Source of the DNA: an uncultured Thermoleophilia bacterium
GTDB lineage: Bacteria > Actinomycetota > Thermoleophilia > Solirubrobacterales > 70-9
Assembly: GCA_963803425.1 (NCBI GenBank)
Contig: CAWDMA010000001.1
Location: 501,355 to 565,354 of the forward strand
DNA length: 64,000 nucleotides
Direction: 5' to 3'
Below, in pieces: positions 18,527 through 27,046 of the stretch. The stretch's first letter is position 1. Every line of letters starts with the position of its first letter. The notes under the pieces are model-generated. The model saw only the letters and a list, made by a program, of their open reading frames with translations, was not told the DNA's origin and made no database searches. Both the position numbers and the translations under genes were made by a program.

Positions 18527-20231
18527 CTAGTAGGTCCGCTCGGCCGGCTCCCACTGGGTCATCGTCACCGGCGGTGTAGCTCGATCTCCGGCTCGGCGTC
18601 CGTTCGGCGACAGGACGATGTGCTTGTGCCACTCGTCGTCGTTTCGCTCCGGGAAGTCGGTGCGGAACTGCGCGCCGCGGCTCTCGGCCCGGTGCAGGGC
18701 CGCGACGCAGGTCGCCTCGGCGTTGTCGATAAGGAAGCCGAGCTCGATCGCGCCGATCACGTCCTGGTTGAAGACGGTGCCGCGGTCGTCGATGTACGCG
18801 GTCTGGGGCTGCTCCGCGAGCTCGCCGGACCGGTGTCCAGCGCGGTCTGGATCCCGTCAGCGTCGCGGAACACCGCCAGGTGGGCGTCCATGGTCTCGCC
18901 GAGCTCGCGCTTCAGGCTCCGAGACGCGCTCGCCCGAGCCCGCGCTCGCGGCCGATGATCGCGTCGATCCGGCGCTGCTCGTCGGCGAGCGCGGTGCGAG
19001 AGACGGGCCGGGACCGCCGCCGGATTCCTTCGCGCGGCTCGGCGGCGTGCTCGCCGGAGCGGCGCCCGAAGATCAGCGTGTCGAGCAGCGAGTTGGCGCC
19101 GAGCCGGTTGCCGCCGTGGACCGAGACGCACGCGCACTCGCCAGCGGCGTATAGCCCGGGGACGTTCGTGCGCGCCCTGGACGTCGGTCCTTGACCCCGC
19201 CCATCGTGTAGTGGTTGCCGGGCTTGATCCGGATCGGCTCGCGTGGTGATGTCGACGCCGGCGAAGTCCCGGCCGACGAGCACGATCTCGCGGAGCGCCT
19301 CGTGGATCCGCTTCCGCGGGACCACCGTGATGTCGAGCGCCACGGTCCCGTCCGGGAAGCCGCGACCCTCGTTGATCTCGGTCTGCTCGGCGCGCGAGAC
19401 CACGTCGCGGGAGGCGAGCTCCATCTTGTTCGGCGCGTACCGCTCCATGAACCGCTCGCCCTTCGCGTTCAGCAGGTGCGCGCCCTCGCCGCGGGCGCCC
19501 TCGGTGATCAGGAAGCCCTTCCCGGCCAGCGTGGTCGGGTGGTACTGGATCATCTCCATGTCCATCAGCTGCGCCCCGGCGCGGTAGGCGAGCGAGATCC
19601 CGTCGCCGGTGCAGATCAGCGCGTTGGTAGTCGGCTGGAACATCTGGCCGTTCCCGCCGGTGGCGAGGATCGCCGACTTCGCGGTGAACAGCTCCAGCGA
19701 GCCGTCGCCGACGTTGCGGGTGATCGCGCCGGCGCAGTCGCCGTCTTCGTCGATCACGAGGCCGGTCGTGAACCACTCCTCGTAGCGGTCGATCAGCTCC
19801 TCGTACTTCATCAGCTGCTCGTACAGCACGTGCATGATCGCCTGGCCGGTGATGTCGGCGACGTAGTAGGTGCGCGCCGCGGACGCTCCGCCGAAGGCCC
19901 GGGTTCCCAGCCGGCCCTCCTCGTTGCGGTGGAACGTCACCCCGAGGTGCTCCAGGTGGAGGATCTCCTGGGGCGCCTCGCGGCACATGATCTCGATCGC
20001 GTCCTGGTCACCGAGGTAGTCGGAGCCCTTCACCGTGTCGAACGCGTGCGACTCCCAGGAGTCCCCGGGGTTGAGCGCCGCGTTGATCCCGCCCTGGGCG
20101 GCGTTCGAGTGGGAGCGGACCGGGTGGACCTTGCTGATGATCCCCACGGACACGCCCTGCTCGGCCGCGGCGAGCGCCGCCCGCTGGCCGGCCAGGCCGG
20201 CTCCTATGACGAGTACGTCGTGCTCGGGCAA
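18527..20231 (-). pseudogene. sdhA: succinate dehydrogenase/fumarate reductase flavoprotein subunit, about nine frame changes in the C-terminal half
   Basis: Intact N-terminal 330 codons ([15 protein letters not shown]...[15 protein letters not shown]...). The rest is split over three frames: [17 protein letters not shown] / TDVQG / [29 protein letters not shown] / SGERVSE / [27 protein letters not shown] / ELAEQPQTAYIDDRGTVFNQDVIGAIELGF...AESRGAQFRTDFPERND / DAEPEIELHRR / PVTMTQWEPAERTY. Confidence 0.9.
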
Positions 20232-20272
20232 CTTGAGGTGATCCTATATACGGAGGGCTGCCGTCGCGGCGC

Positions 20273-21442
20273 CTACGCGCCGTCGCCCGCGGAACCGGAA
20301 ACCGCCGTCCGCAGCGCCCGGCCGACCTGGTTCAGCGTGACGACGCCGCGCAGCCGGCCGCTCGCGTCCACCGCGATCAGCGCCCCCAGCCGGCGCAGGT
20401 CCTCGTTCCCGAGCAGGCTCTCGAGCGGCTCGTCCTCGCGCACGCGGAGGCTTTCGGCCGCCTCCGCGTCGGCGACGTGACCGACCGTCTCGGAGGCTCG
20501 GAGCTGCTCCGGGACGGCGTCGGCGGCGCCGCGGTTGAGCAGCCCGCGGAGGTTGTGGGCGCCGTCCACCACCGGGAACCACGGCCACCGGTAGCGCAGG
20601 AAGTAGTCGTCGAGCGCGTCGGAGACGCTGAGCTTGTCGGGGATCGCGACCGGGTCGGCGTCCATCACGTCGGCGACCGTGACGCCGCTGATCCGGCTGG
20701 CGACGTCGGACTGGACCTGTGCGGCGCGGGCAGACTGGTACAGGATGAACCCGAGGATCCCGAGCCAGATCCCGCCGAGCGGGTCGCCGTCGACCAGCAG
20801 GAACAGGCCGAGCGCGATCAGGATCCAGGCGAACACCTGCCCCAGCGTCGCCGCGAACCTGGTGGCGCTGCTGCGATCACCGGTCACCCGCCATGCGATC
20901 GCGCGGGCGATCCGCCCCCCGTCGAGCGGGTAGGCCGGGACCAGGTTGAAGAGCAGCACGAGCACGTTGATGCTGGTCAGCCACGCGACCACCGCCAGCC
21001 CCGGTGACACCCCGTTTGCGTCCTGGACGAGCGCGGCCTCGCGGAAGTCGGTGGTGCCCGACGCCGCGACCACGATCGCGCCGCCGATGATCACGAGCGC
21101 GAGCGTCACCAGCGGCCCCGCGACCGCGATCCTGAACTCGGTCCCTGGGGAGTCCGGGTCGCGCTGCATCCGGGCGACGCCGCCGAACATCCACAGCGTG
21201 ATGTCCGAGATCCCGATCCCGTTGCGCATGGCAACGAACGCGTGGCCGAGCTCGTGCAGCAGGATCGACCCGAAGAAGAGCAGCGCGCTGACCAGCGCCA
21301 GCGCGTACGGCCCGATCGAGTCGGAGGAGGTATCGAGCAGCGTCCGGTAGTAGCTCGACATCCACAGGATGATCAGGAAGAGGACGAAGAACCACGACAG
21401 GTCGACCGTGATCCTGATTCCGCGGATCCGAAGCAGAGTCAT
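20273..21442 (-). CDS. site-2 protease family (peptidase M50) with tandem CBS domains
   Basis: HELGHAFVAMRNG zinc motif, several TM helices, C-terminal CBS pair. ORF extends to 21499; ATG 21442 (MTLLRIRGIRI) is preferred. Confidence 0.85.
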   Translation of the reverse strand: MTLLRIRGIRITVDLSWFFVLFLIILWMSSYYRTLLDTSSDSIGPYALALVSALLFFGSILLHELGHAFVAMRNGIGISDITLWMFGGVARMQRDPDSPGTEFRIAVAGPLVTLALVIIGGAIVVAASGTTDFREAALVQDANGVSPGLAVVAWLTSINVLVLLFNLVPAYPLDGGRIARAIAWRVTGDRSSATRFAATLGQVFAWILIALGLFLLVDGDPLGGIWLGILGFILYQSARAAQVQSDVASRISGVTVADVMDADPVAIPDKLSVSDALDDYFLRYRWPWFPVVDGAHNLRGLLNRGAADAVPEQLRASETVGHVADAEAAESLRVREDEPLESLLGNEDLRRLGALIAVDASGRLRGVVTLNQVGRALRTAVSGSAGDGA

Positions 21443-21519
21443 GCCGCCGCCGGTAGGCATGTGAGCCATGTTACGGGCGGCGGAACCGGGCGGGATCACT
21501 CGGTAGCTTTCCGAGCCCG

Positions 21520-22731
21520 ATGGCGGGCGCTGTCACACCCGATGCTCGCGGGCTCGGGGGCGAGCTCGACCACGGGCGGCTTCGCGCCCAGGTCGAGGCG
21601 CTCGCGACGATCCACCGGCCGACCGCCTCGGAGGGTGAGCGCGACGCGGCGGAGTGGGTGCGCTCGCGGCTCGCCGAGACCGGGATCGATGCCCGGCTCG
21701 AGCGTGAGGACTCGAACGGCGGCTACTGGTGGCCGCTCGGCCTGACCGCCGCGGCCGCCGGGCTGGCCGGCGTCGCCGCGCTCCGCGGTCGGCGCGCGCT
21801 GGGCGCCGCGCTCGGGGCGGCCGCCTGCGCGGCCGCGGTCGACGACCTGCCGCCGCGCTCCCGGGCGCTGCGCGGCGTGCTCCCGAAGCGGGACTCGTGG
21901 AACGTGGTCGGCCAGCTCGGCCCCGACGACGCCGAGCGCGCCGTGGTCCTGGTCGCGCACCACGACACCGCCCACGCCGGTCTGGTCTTCCACCCCGCAC
22001 TGCCCCGGATCGCCGACAGGCTCGGGATCCTGGAGCGCAACGACACCAGCCCGCCGCTGATGTGGCCGGTGGTCGGCTGCGGCGCGGTCGTCGCGGCGGG
22101 CGCCCTCACCGGAAGCCGCGCCCTGACCCGGATCGGCACGACGCTGAGCGCGGGGGTCGCGGCGGCGATGGTCGACCTCGGCCTCCGCGAGGCGGTCCCC
22201 GGCGCGAACGACAACGCCACCGGGACGGTCGCGATGCTTGTCGTCGCGCGGGCGCTCGCCGCCCGCCCGCCCGAGGGACTCCGGGTGCTCTTCGTGTCCA
22301 CCTCGGAGGAGGCGACCTGCGAGGGGATGCACCGGTTCGCCGCCCGCCACTTGCACGCGCTGCCGCGGGAGAGCACCTTCTTCCTCAACCTCGACACGGT
22401 CGGCTCGCCGCACCTGATCGTGCTCCGCGGCGAGGGGATGTTCGGAGTGAAGGAGTACCCGCCCGCCTCCCTGGAGCTCGCCGACGGGCTCGCCGAGCAG
22501 CTCGGGATCTGGCTGTTCCCGAACCTCCGGCTCCGCAACGCGACCGACGGCGTGTACCCGCTGAACGCCGGCTACCAGTGCGTCTCGATCGCGTCCTGCA
22601 CGAAGCTGAAGCAGCCCGCGAACTACCACTGGCCGAGCGACGTTCCCGAGAACGTCGAGTACGGGACCGTCGCCGATGCGGTCCGGCTCACCGAGGCGAT
22701 CGTCCGCCGGCTCGACCAGCGCTGGGTGTAG
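21520..22731 (+). CDS. M28 family metallopeptidase (membrane-associated)
   Basis: VVLVAHHDTAHAG, GANDNATGTVAML and STSEEATCEGM metal-ligand blocks typical of M28, with internal hydrophobic segments. Confidence 0.75.
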   Translation: MAGAVTPDARGLGGELDHGRLRAQVEALATIHRPTASEGERDAAEWVRSRLAETGIDARLEREDSNGGYWWPLGLTAAAAGLAGVAALRGRRALGAALGAAACAAAVDDLPPRSRALRGVLPKRDSWNVVGQLGPDDAERAVVLVAHHDTAHAGLVFHPALPRIADRLGILERNDTSPPLMWPVVGCGAVVAAGALTGSRALTRIGTTLSAGVAAAMVDLGLREAVPGANDNATGTVAMLVVARALAARPPEGLRVLFVSTSEEATCEGMHRFAARHLHALPRESTFFLNLDTVGSPHLIVLRGEGMFGVKEYPPASLELADGLAEQLGIWLFPNLRLRNATDGVYPLNAGYQCVSIASCTKLKQPANYHWPSDVPENVEYGTVADAVRLTEAIVRRLDQRWV

Positions 22732-22738
22732 CCGGGGC

Positions 22739-23170
22739 ATGCGCCGCGAGCTGCCCGGCGGGTACGAGCTCGACGACGATCCGAGGCGCGTCGACGTGGA
22801 CGCCGTGCACGACTTCCTCGCCAACCGCTCCTACTGGGCCGCCGGGCGTCCCCGCGAGCTGGTGGAGCGGCTTGTCCGCGAGGCGACGCGAGTGGTCGGC
22901 GCGTACCGGGGAGGCGAGCAGGTCGGGTTCGCCCGCGTCGTGTCCGACGGCGTGGTGTTCGCCTACCTTGCGGACGTCTACGTGATTTCCGAGCATCGCC
23001 GCCGGGGGGTGGGGCGGGAGATCCTCGTCGAGGCGGTCGAGAACGGCCCGCACAGCGAGTTGCGATGGTTGCTCGGCACCCAGGACGCGCACGAACTCTA
23101 CGCGCGACTCGGCTTTGGACCACCGTCCCGACTGATGATGGAGCGCCCACCTCCGGCCGAACGCGGCTGA
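22739..23170 (+). CDS. GNAT family N-acetyltransferase
   Basis: ORF 22676.. trimmed to ATG 22739. YLADVYVISEHRRRGVGREIL is the acetyl-CoA binding motif A (R-x-x-G-x-G). Confidence 0.8.
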   Translation: MRRELPGGYELDDDPRRVDVDAVHDFLANRSYWAAGRPRELVERLVREATRVVGAYRGGEQVGFARVVSDGVVFAYLADVYVISEHRRRGVGREILVEAVENGPHSELRWLLGTQDAHELYARLGFGPPSRLMMERPPPAERG

Positions 23171-25183
23171 GTGGCCGTCCGGCTGGACCCCGACTACCAT
23201 GGAGAGATCATGGGGGGACGCTCCGGGAGGACCTCCACGCGACAGCATCAGGCCCCGCTCGTCGACCGCGCCCGGGAGCTCGAGGCGGGCCGGCGGATGC
23301 TGGACGCCAAGGCCGGCTTCTCGGTCCTGTTCCTCCACGGGCCCGGGGGGATCGGCAAGAGCGCCCTGTGTGGCGCGCTGACGCGGCTCGCGTCGGAATC
23401 CGGGCGCCCGGTGCTCGAGCTCGATGCGCGCGCCGTTCCGCCGAGCCCGGACGGCCTGGCGGACGCGCTCGAGGCGGCCCGCGGGCGTGCCAGACCGCTG
23501 ATCGTGATCGACAGCTTCGAGCTGATCGAATCGAGCGGGGCACGGTTGCGAGACGAGCTGATTCCAGCATTGCCCGACGGCAGCGTCGTTGTGATCGCGG
23601 GGCGGGCGCCTCCCGATCGCGGCTGGTTCCGTGGATCGTGGAGCGAGCACGTGGAGCAGATCCGCCTCGGCCCGCTGCCCGATGCACCCGCCGCCGAACT
23701 GGTGGCGGCGCGTGGCGTCGAGGGAGAGGCCGCCTCACGGGTGCTCGAGTGGGGGCGGGGCCATCCGCTGGCGCTCGGCCTCGCGGCGGAGATCGCCTCG
23801 CAGGACGGAGGATGGCTGCCGGGGGAGGAGATGGCGCCGGACGCCCTGGTCGACGCTCTGGTTCGTCGCCTCGGCGAGGCCGATGTCGGCGCCGCGCACC
23901 TGCCGGCGCTGCGGGCGGCGGCGATCGCTCGCTCCACGACCCCGGCCCTGCTGGCGGCCGCGCTGCCCGAGCATGACGGCGGCGCCGAGTGGGCGTGGCT
24001 GGCGGGCCGCAGCTTCGCCGAGCCGGTCGGAGATGGAATCGCGCTCCACGCCCTGCTGCGGGACGCGGTCCGCGCGGACCTGAAGCGCCGCGACCCGCTG
24101 CTCGAGGCCGACCTGAAGCGCCGGATTGCGGATCACGTGTACGAGGCCGCCGAGAGCTCCGGCGAGCTGAACCGGGTGCTCGACCTCTCCCACCTGATCG
24201 AGGATCCGGGGCTGCGGTGGGGGTTCACGTGGGAATCGTCGGCGCGGTGGCAGCTCGACACCCCGCGCCCCGGGGACGCGGAGGAGATCGATCGGGCGCT
24301 CGCCGCGCCGTCGGTGCCGCCGTTCGGAGGCGGCGTCGACACGTGGGAGATAACACGGCCGTTCTTCGAGCGGATGCCTGAGCTCGGTGTGGTCGTCAGG
24401 GACGCGGGCGGAGCGATCACGGGATTCACGTTCGTCCCCACGACCGCGGTGGACGACACCGAGCTCGAGGCGGCGCCGCTGCTCGGGCCCTGCCTGCGCC
24501 ACGCCCGCACGCTCGAGCCGCGCGGCGAGGCGGTGATCATGCCCTACATGTGCGACCTGACCGGCGATCCCGCCTCCGGGATCATCGGCATGCTCGCCAA
24601 CGCCGCCCTGCTTCGCTCCTCGCACTCGAACCCGCGCTACACGTACATGACGATAGATCGGGGGATCGAGCTCGGTCGGGCGTTCGCGGAAGCAGCCGGT
24701 GCCGAGCGGGTTCCCGGGCTCGACACCACGGTCGGGTCGCTGCGCGTGGATGCGTGGCTGATCGACTTCGGCCCCGGTGGATTCCTCGCCAATCAGCGGG
24801 ATCTCGTGTACCGGGAGTTGAACCGGGAGCCGCCGCCCCGCCCTGCGGAGCGGGGCGAGTCCGTGCGGGCCGAGGAGGTCCGCGACGCGCTTCGCCACCT
24901 GCGAAGCCCGGTCCAGCTCGCTCGCAGCCCGCTCGCTGCCGGCGGCGGCGTCGAGGAGCGCGCCGCCTCTGTCCGAGCGCTGCTCGACGCCGCTGCGCAG
25001 CGGGCGTTCGGCGACGACCCCACCGACGAGCTGCTTCGGGACGTGCTCAAGCGCGGATACCTCGAGCCGGCCGCCAGCCACGAGCTCGCCGCAAACGAGC
25101 TGCACCTGTCCCGAACGGCGTACTTCCGCCGACTCAAGCAGGCCGTCCAGCGGATCTCCGAGTACCTCTCCGGGGGTGAGTAG
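23171..25183 (+). CDS. STAND/NB-ARC-type ATPase regulator with central GNAT-like module and C-terminal HTH
   Basis: Walker A LHGPGGIGKSAL, Walker B LIVIDSFE, GHPLAL motif as in NB-ARC. C-terminal ELAANELHLSRTAYFRRLKQAVQRISEYL is HTH-like. Confidence 0.65.
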   Translation: MAVRLDPDYHGEIMGGRSGRTSTRQHQAPLVDRARELEAGRRMLDAKAGFSVLFLHGPGGIGKSALCGALTRLASESGRPVLELDARAVPPSPDGLADALEAARGRARPLIVIDSFELIESSGARLRDELIPALPDGSVVVIAGRAPPDRGWFRGSWSEHVEQIRLGPLPDAPAAELVAARGVEGEAASRVLEWGRGHPLALGLAAEIASQDGGWLPGEEMAPDALVDALVRRLGEADVGAAHLPALRAAAIARSTTPALLAAALPEHDGGAEWAWLAGRSFAEPVGDGIALHALLRDAVRADLKRRDPLLEADLKRRIADHVYEAAESSGELNRVLDLSHLIEDPGLRWGFTWESSARWQLDTPRPGDAEEIDRALAAPSVPPFGGGVDTWEITRPFFERMPELGVVVRDAGGAITGFTFVPTTAVDDTELEAAPLLGPCLRHARTLEPRGEAVIMPYMCDLTGDPASGIIGMLANAALLRSSHSNPRYTYMTIDRGIELGRAFAEAAGAERVPGLDTTVGSLRVDAWLIDFGPGGFLANQRDLVYRELNREPPPRPAERGESVRAEEVRDALRHLRSPVQLARSPLAAGGGVEERAASVRALLDAAAQRAFGDDPTDELLRDVLKRGYLEPAASHELAANELHLSRTAYFRRLKQAVQRISEYLSGGE

Positions 25184-25206
25184 GGACGGCCGTCCAGCGC
25201 CGGCCG

Positions 25207-26964
25207 CTATCGCTTCTTCTTCAGCTTCACCGGCGTGCTCTGCTTGTTCGGCTGGCCGCCGTCGGGCGTGTAGGTGACCTCGGCGGAGACCTTCGCCTTG
25301 CCCCTCTTGCGCAGCTTCCGCTTCGCCTTCCCGCGGGACTTGACCTTCAGCTTCACCGTGATCCCGGCGCCGGCCGCCGTCGCACCGGCCTGCTCGGTGA
25401 CCGGCTTCACCTTGTCGCCTCCCAGCACGACTGCTCCCGGCCCCGGGACCTCGACGGTCAGCGTCGCCGTTCCCTTTCTCTTGTTCCGCTTCGTCTTCCC
25501 GAAGCTGAACTCGTTCGAGACCGCCGCCGGGGGGCCGCCGCCGGCGGGCGGAGGCGGCGAAGCGAGCTCGAAGGCGCCGCTGTCACATGCCGGGCCCTTC
25601 GGGCGCCCCACCCCCCGCTGGTCGATGCTCGGCGGGGGGCAGGCCCCGGCTGGCCACGCGTCGTGCGCCGGGCTGTTGGCGGGGATCGCGTGCGTCTTCG
25701 TCGGCCCGCCGTTGGCGCTCAGGGGGCCGATCAGAGGGTTGCTGTTCGGCTTGTCCCCCGGGCCGTCGAGGTTGCAGGAATCGCCGGTCTCGACGTTGTA
25801 GCCGAGCGATGTCACGGTCCCCGCGGACGAGCAGATCTCCGGTACCCCGGGGTAGGCGAGTATCGAGCCCTCGAGCGTCAGGGTGGTGGCGGGAAAGCCC
25901 ACGATCGCGTCGCCGTTCAGCGTCGAGGCGGACATGTCGGTGGTGGTGCCGCCGGTGAGCAGCAGGATCGCCTCGTCACCGTTGCCGGAGAAGGTGCTGT
26001 TCTCGATCGTCGTGTCGCCGAGGATCGCCATCCCGTCGGCGGCGAACGGCCCGCCGTCGGCGGTGTTCTGAGCGACCGTGCTCTGCCGCAGCGTGAACCC
26101 GCCGACGCTGCTGCGGAAGATTCCGCCGCCCCGCCCGTCGGAGTGGTTGCCCTCGAAAGTCGAATCCTCGACCGTGGTAGTGATCCCCGCAAAGAGGCCT
26201 CCTCCCGCGGTTCCGGCCGGCAGCGGGTTCTCGGCTCTCGCTTGGTTGCCGGCGATCGTCGATCGGGTGAGCACGAGTGACGCGCCGGAGACGGCGCCCT
26301 GGGAGATGCCACCGCCGACGGGACCCGCCGGGTCGTCGCCGGTGTTCTCGACGACGTTCTGGGAGATCACCGAGTCCTCGATCCTCATCGTGCGAAACCC
26401 CCCCGCCGCGGAGACGCCGCCCCCGGCGTTCTGCAGCCCGAGCGTAGGAGTGGTGGCGGTGTTGTCCGTGATCCTGGTCCGCCTGAGAATTGTGGTGCCG
26501 CTGCTCCCGGCGTCCAACACGCCGCCGCCGCTGGCGTCGCTCTCGGTCGCGCCGGCGGCGACACCGCCCGTGACCGCGAGATCCCGGACCGTCACATCTT
26601 CGTCGGAGACGTCCAGCTTGAAGACGCGATCGACACCGGTCTGCTGGACCGTGGTCGCGTTCCTTCCGGCGCCGGCGATCGTGGCGCCGTCGGTCACCAC
26701 GAGCTGGCCGAGGTCGAGCTGCACGGTTCCGGCGGGGACCGTGATCAGGTCGTCGTCGGTCGTGCTCGCGTTCGACTCCTCGGTCGCCGCGCGCAGGGTG
26801 CAATTGCCGGCGCCGTCGTCGCAGTTTCCGTCGCCCGGGCTCGCATCGCTCGCGTCCGCACTCGAATTGACCGCAAACGTGGCGGCGGCCGCGGGCTGCG
26901 CGGAAGCGAGTGCGATCACGAGTGCGATCGCGGTACCAGCCACCCTGCGCAAGCTGCGTGCCAT
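25207..26964 (-). CDS. secreted right-handed beta-helix repeat protein with CSLREA-type N-terminal motif
   Basis: Signal peptide, then GDGNCDDGAGNCTLRAATEESNA. Repeated G-G-G(I/V)-x-N/ GGG..beta-helix turns. C-terminal basic strand module ...KVKSRGKAKRKLRKRGKAKVSAEVTYTPDG...VKLKKKR. Confidence 0.7.
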   Translation of the reverse strand: MARSLRRVAGTAIALVIALASAQPAAAATFAVNSSADASDASPGDGNCDDGAGNCTLRAATEESNASTTDDDLITVPAGTVQLDLGQLVVTDGATIAGAGRNATTVQQTGVDRVFKLDVSDEDVTVRDLAVTGGVAAGATESDASGGGVLDAGSSGTTILRRTRITDNTATTPTLGLQNAGGGVSAAGGFRTMRIEDSVISQNVVENTGDDPAGPVGGGISQGAVSGASLVLTRSTIAGNQARAENPLPAGTAGGGLFAGITTTVEDSTFEGNHSDGRGGGIFRSSVGGFTLRQSTVAQNTADGGPFAADGMAILGDTTIENSTFSGNGDEAILLLTGGTTTDMSASTLNGDAIVGFPATTLTLEGSILAYPGVPEICSSAGTVTSLGYNVETGDSCNLDGPGDKPNSNPLIGPLSANGGPTKTHAIPANSPAHDAWPAGACPPPSIDQRGVGRPKGPACDSGAFELASPPPPAGGGPPAAVSNEFSFGKTKRNKRKGTATLTVEVPGPGAVVLGGDKVKPVTEQAGATAAGAGITVKLKVKSRGKAKRKLRKRGKAKVSAEVTYTPDGGQPNKQSTPVKLKKKR

Positions 26965-27046
26965 CGCGTCAAGTGATGCAGGCTTGGCACGTCTTGTCAG
27001 TACCGATCTGGTCCCTACCTCGATCCGCCGGCGGGGTGCGGGGCGT

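Noticed and set aside
16389-18632. 747-aa ORF that looks like a giant SdhB-HdrB fusion protein
   Set aside because: It is a chimera. Only its first ~100 codons (SdhB N-terminus) and last 295 codons (sdhE-like gene) are recognisable. The middle ~850 nt is the sdhB C-terminal half read out of frame (Arg/Pro/Gly-rich nonsense), kept open only by GC-richness.
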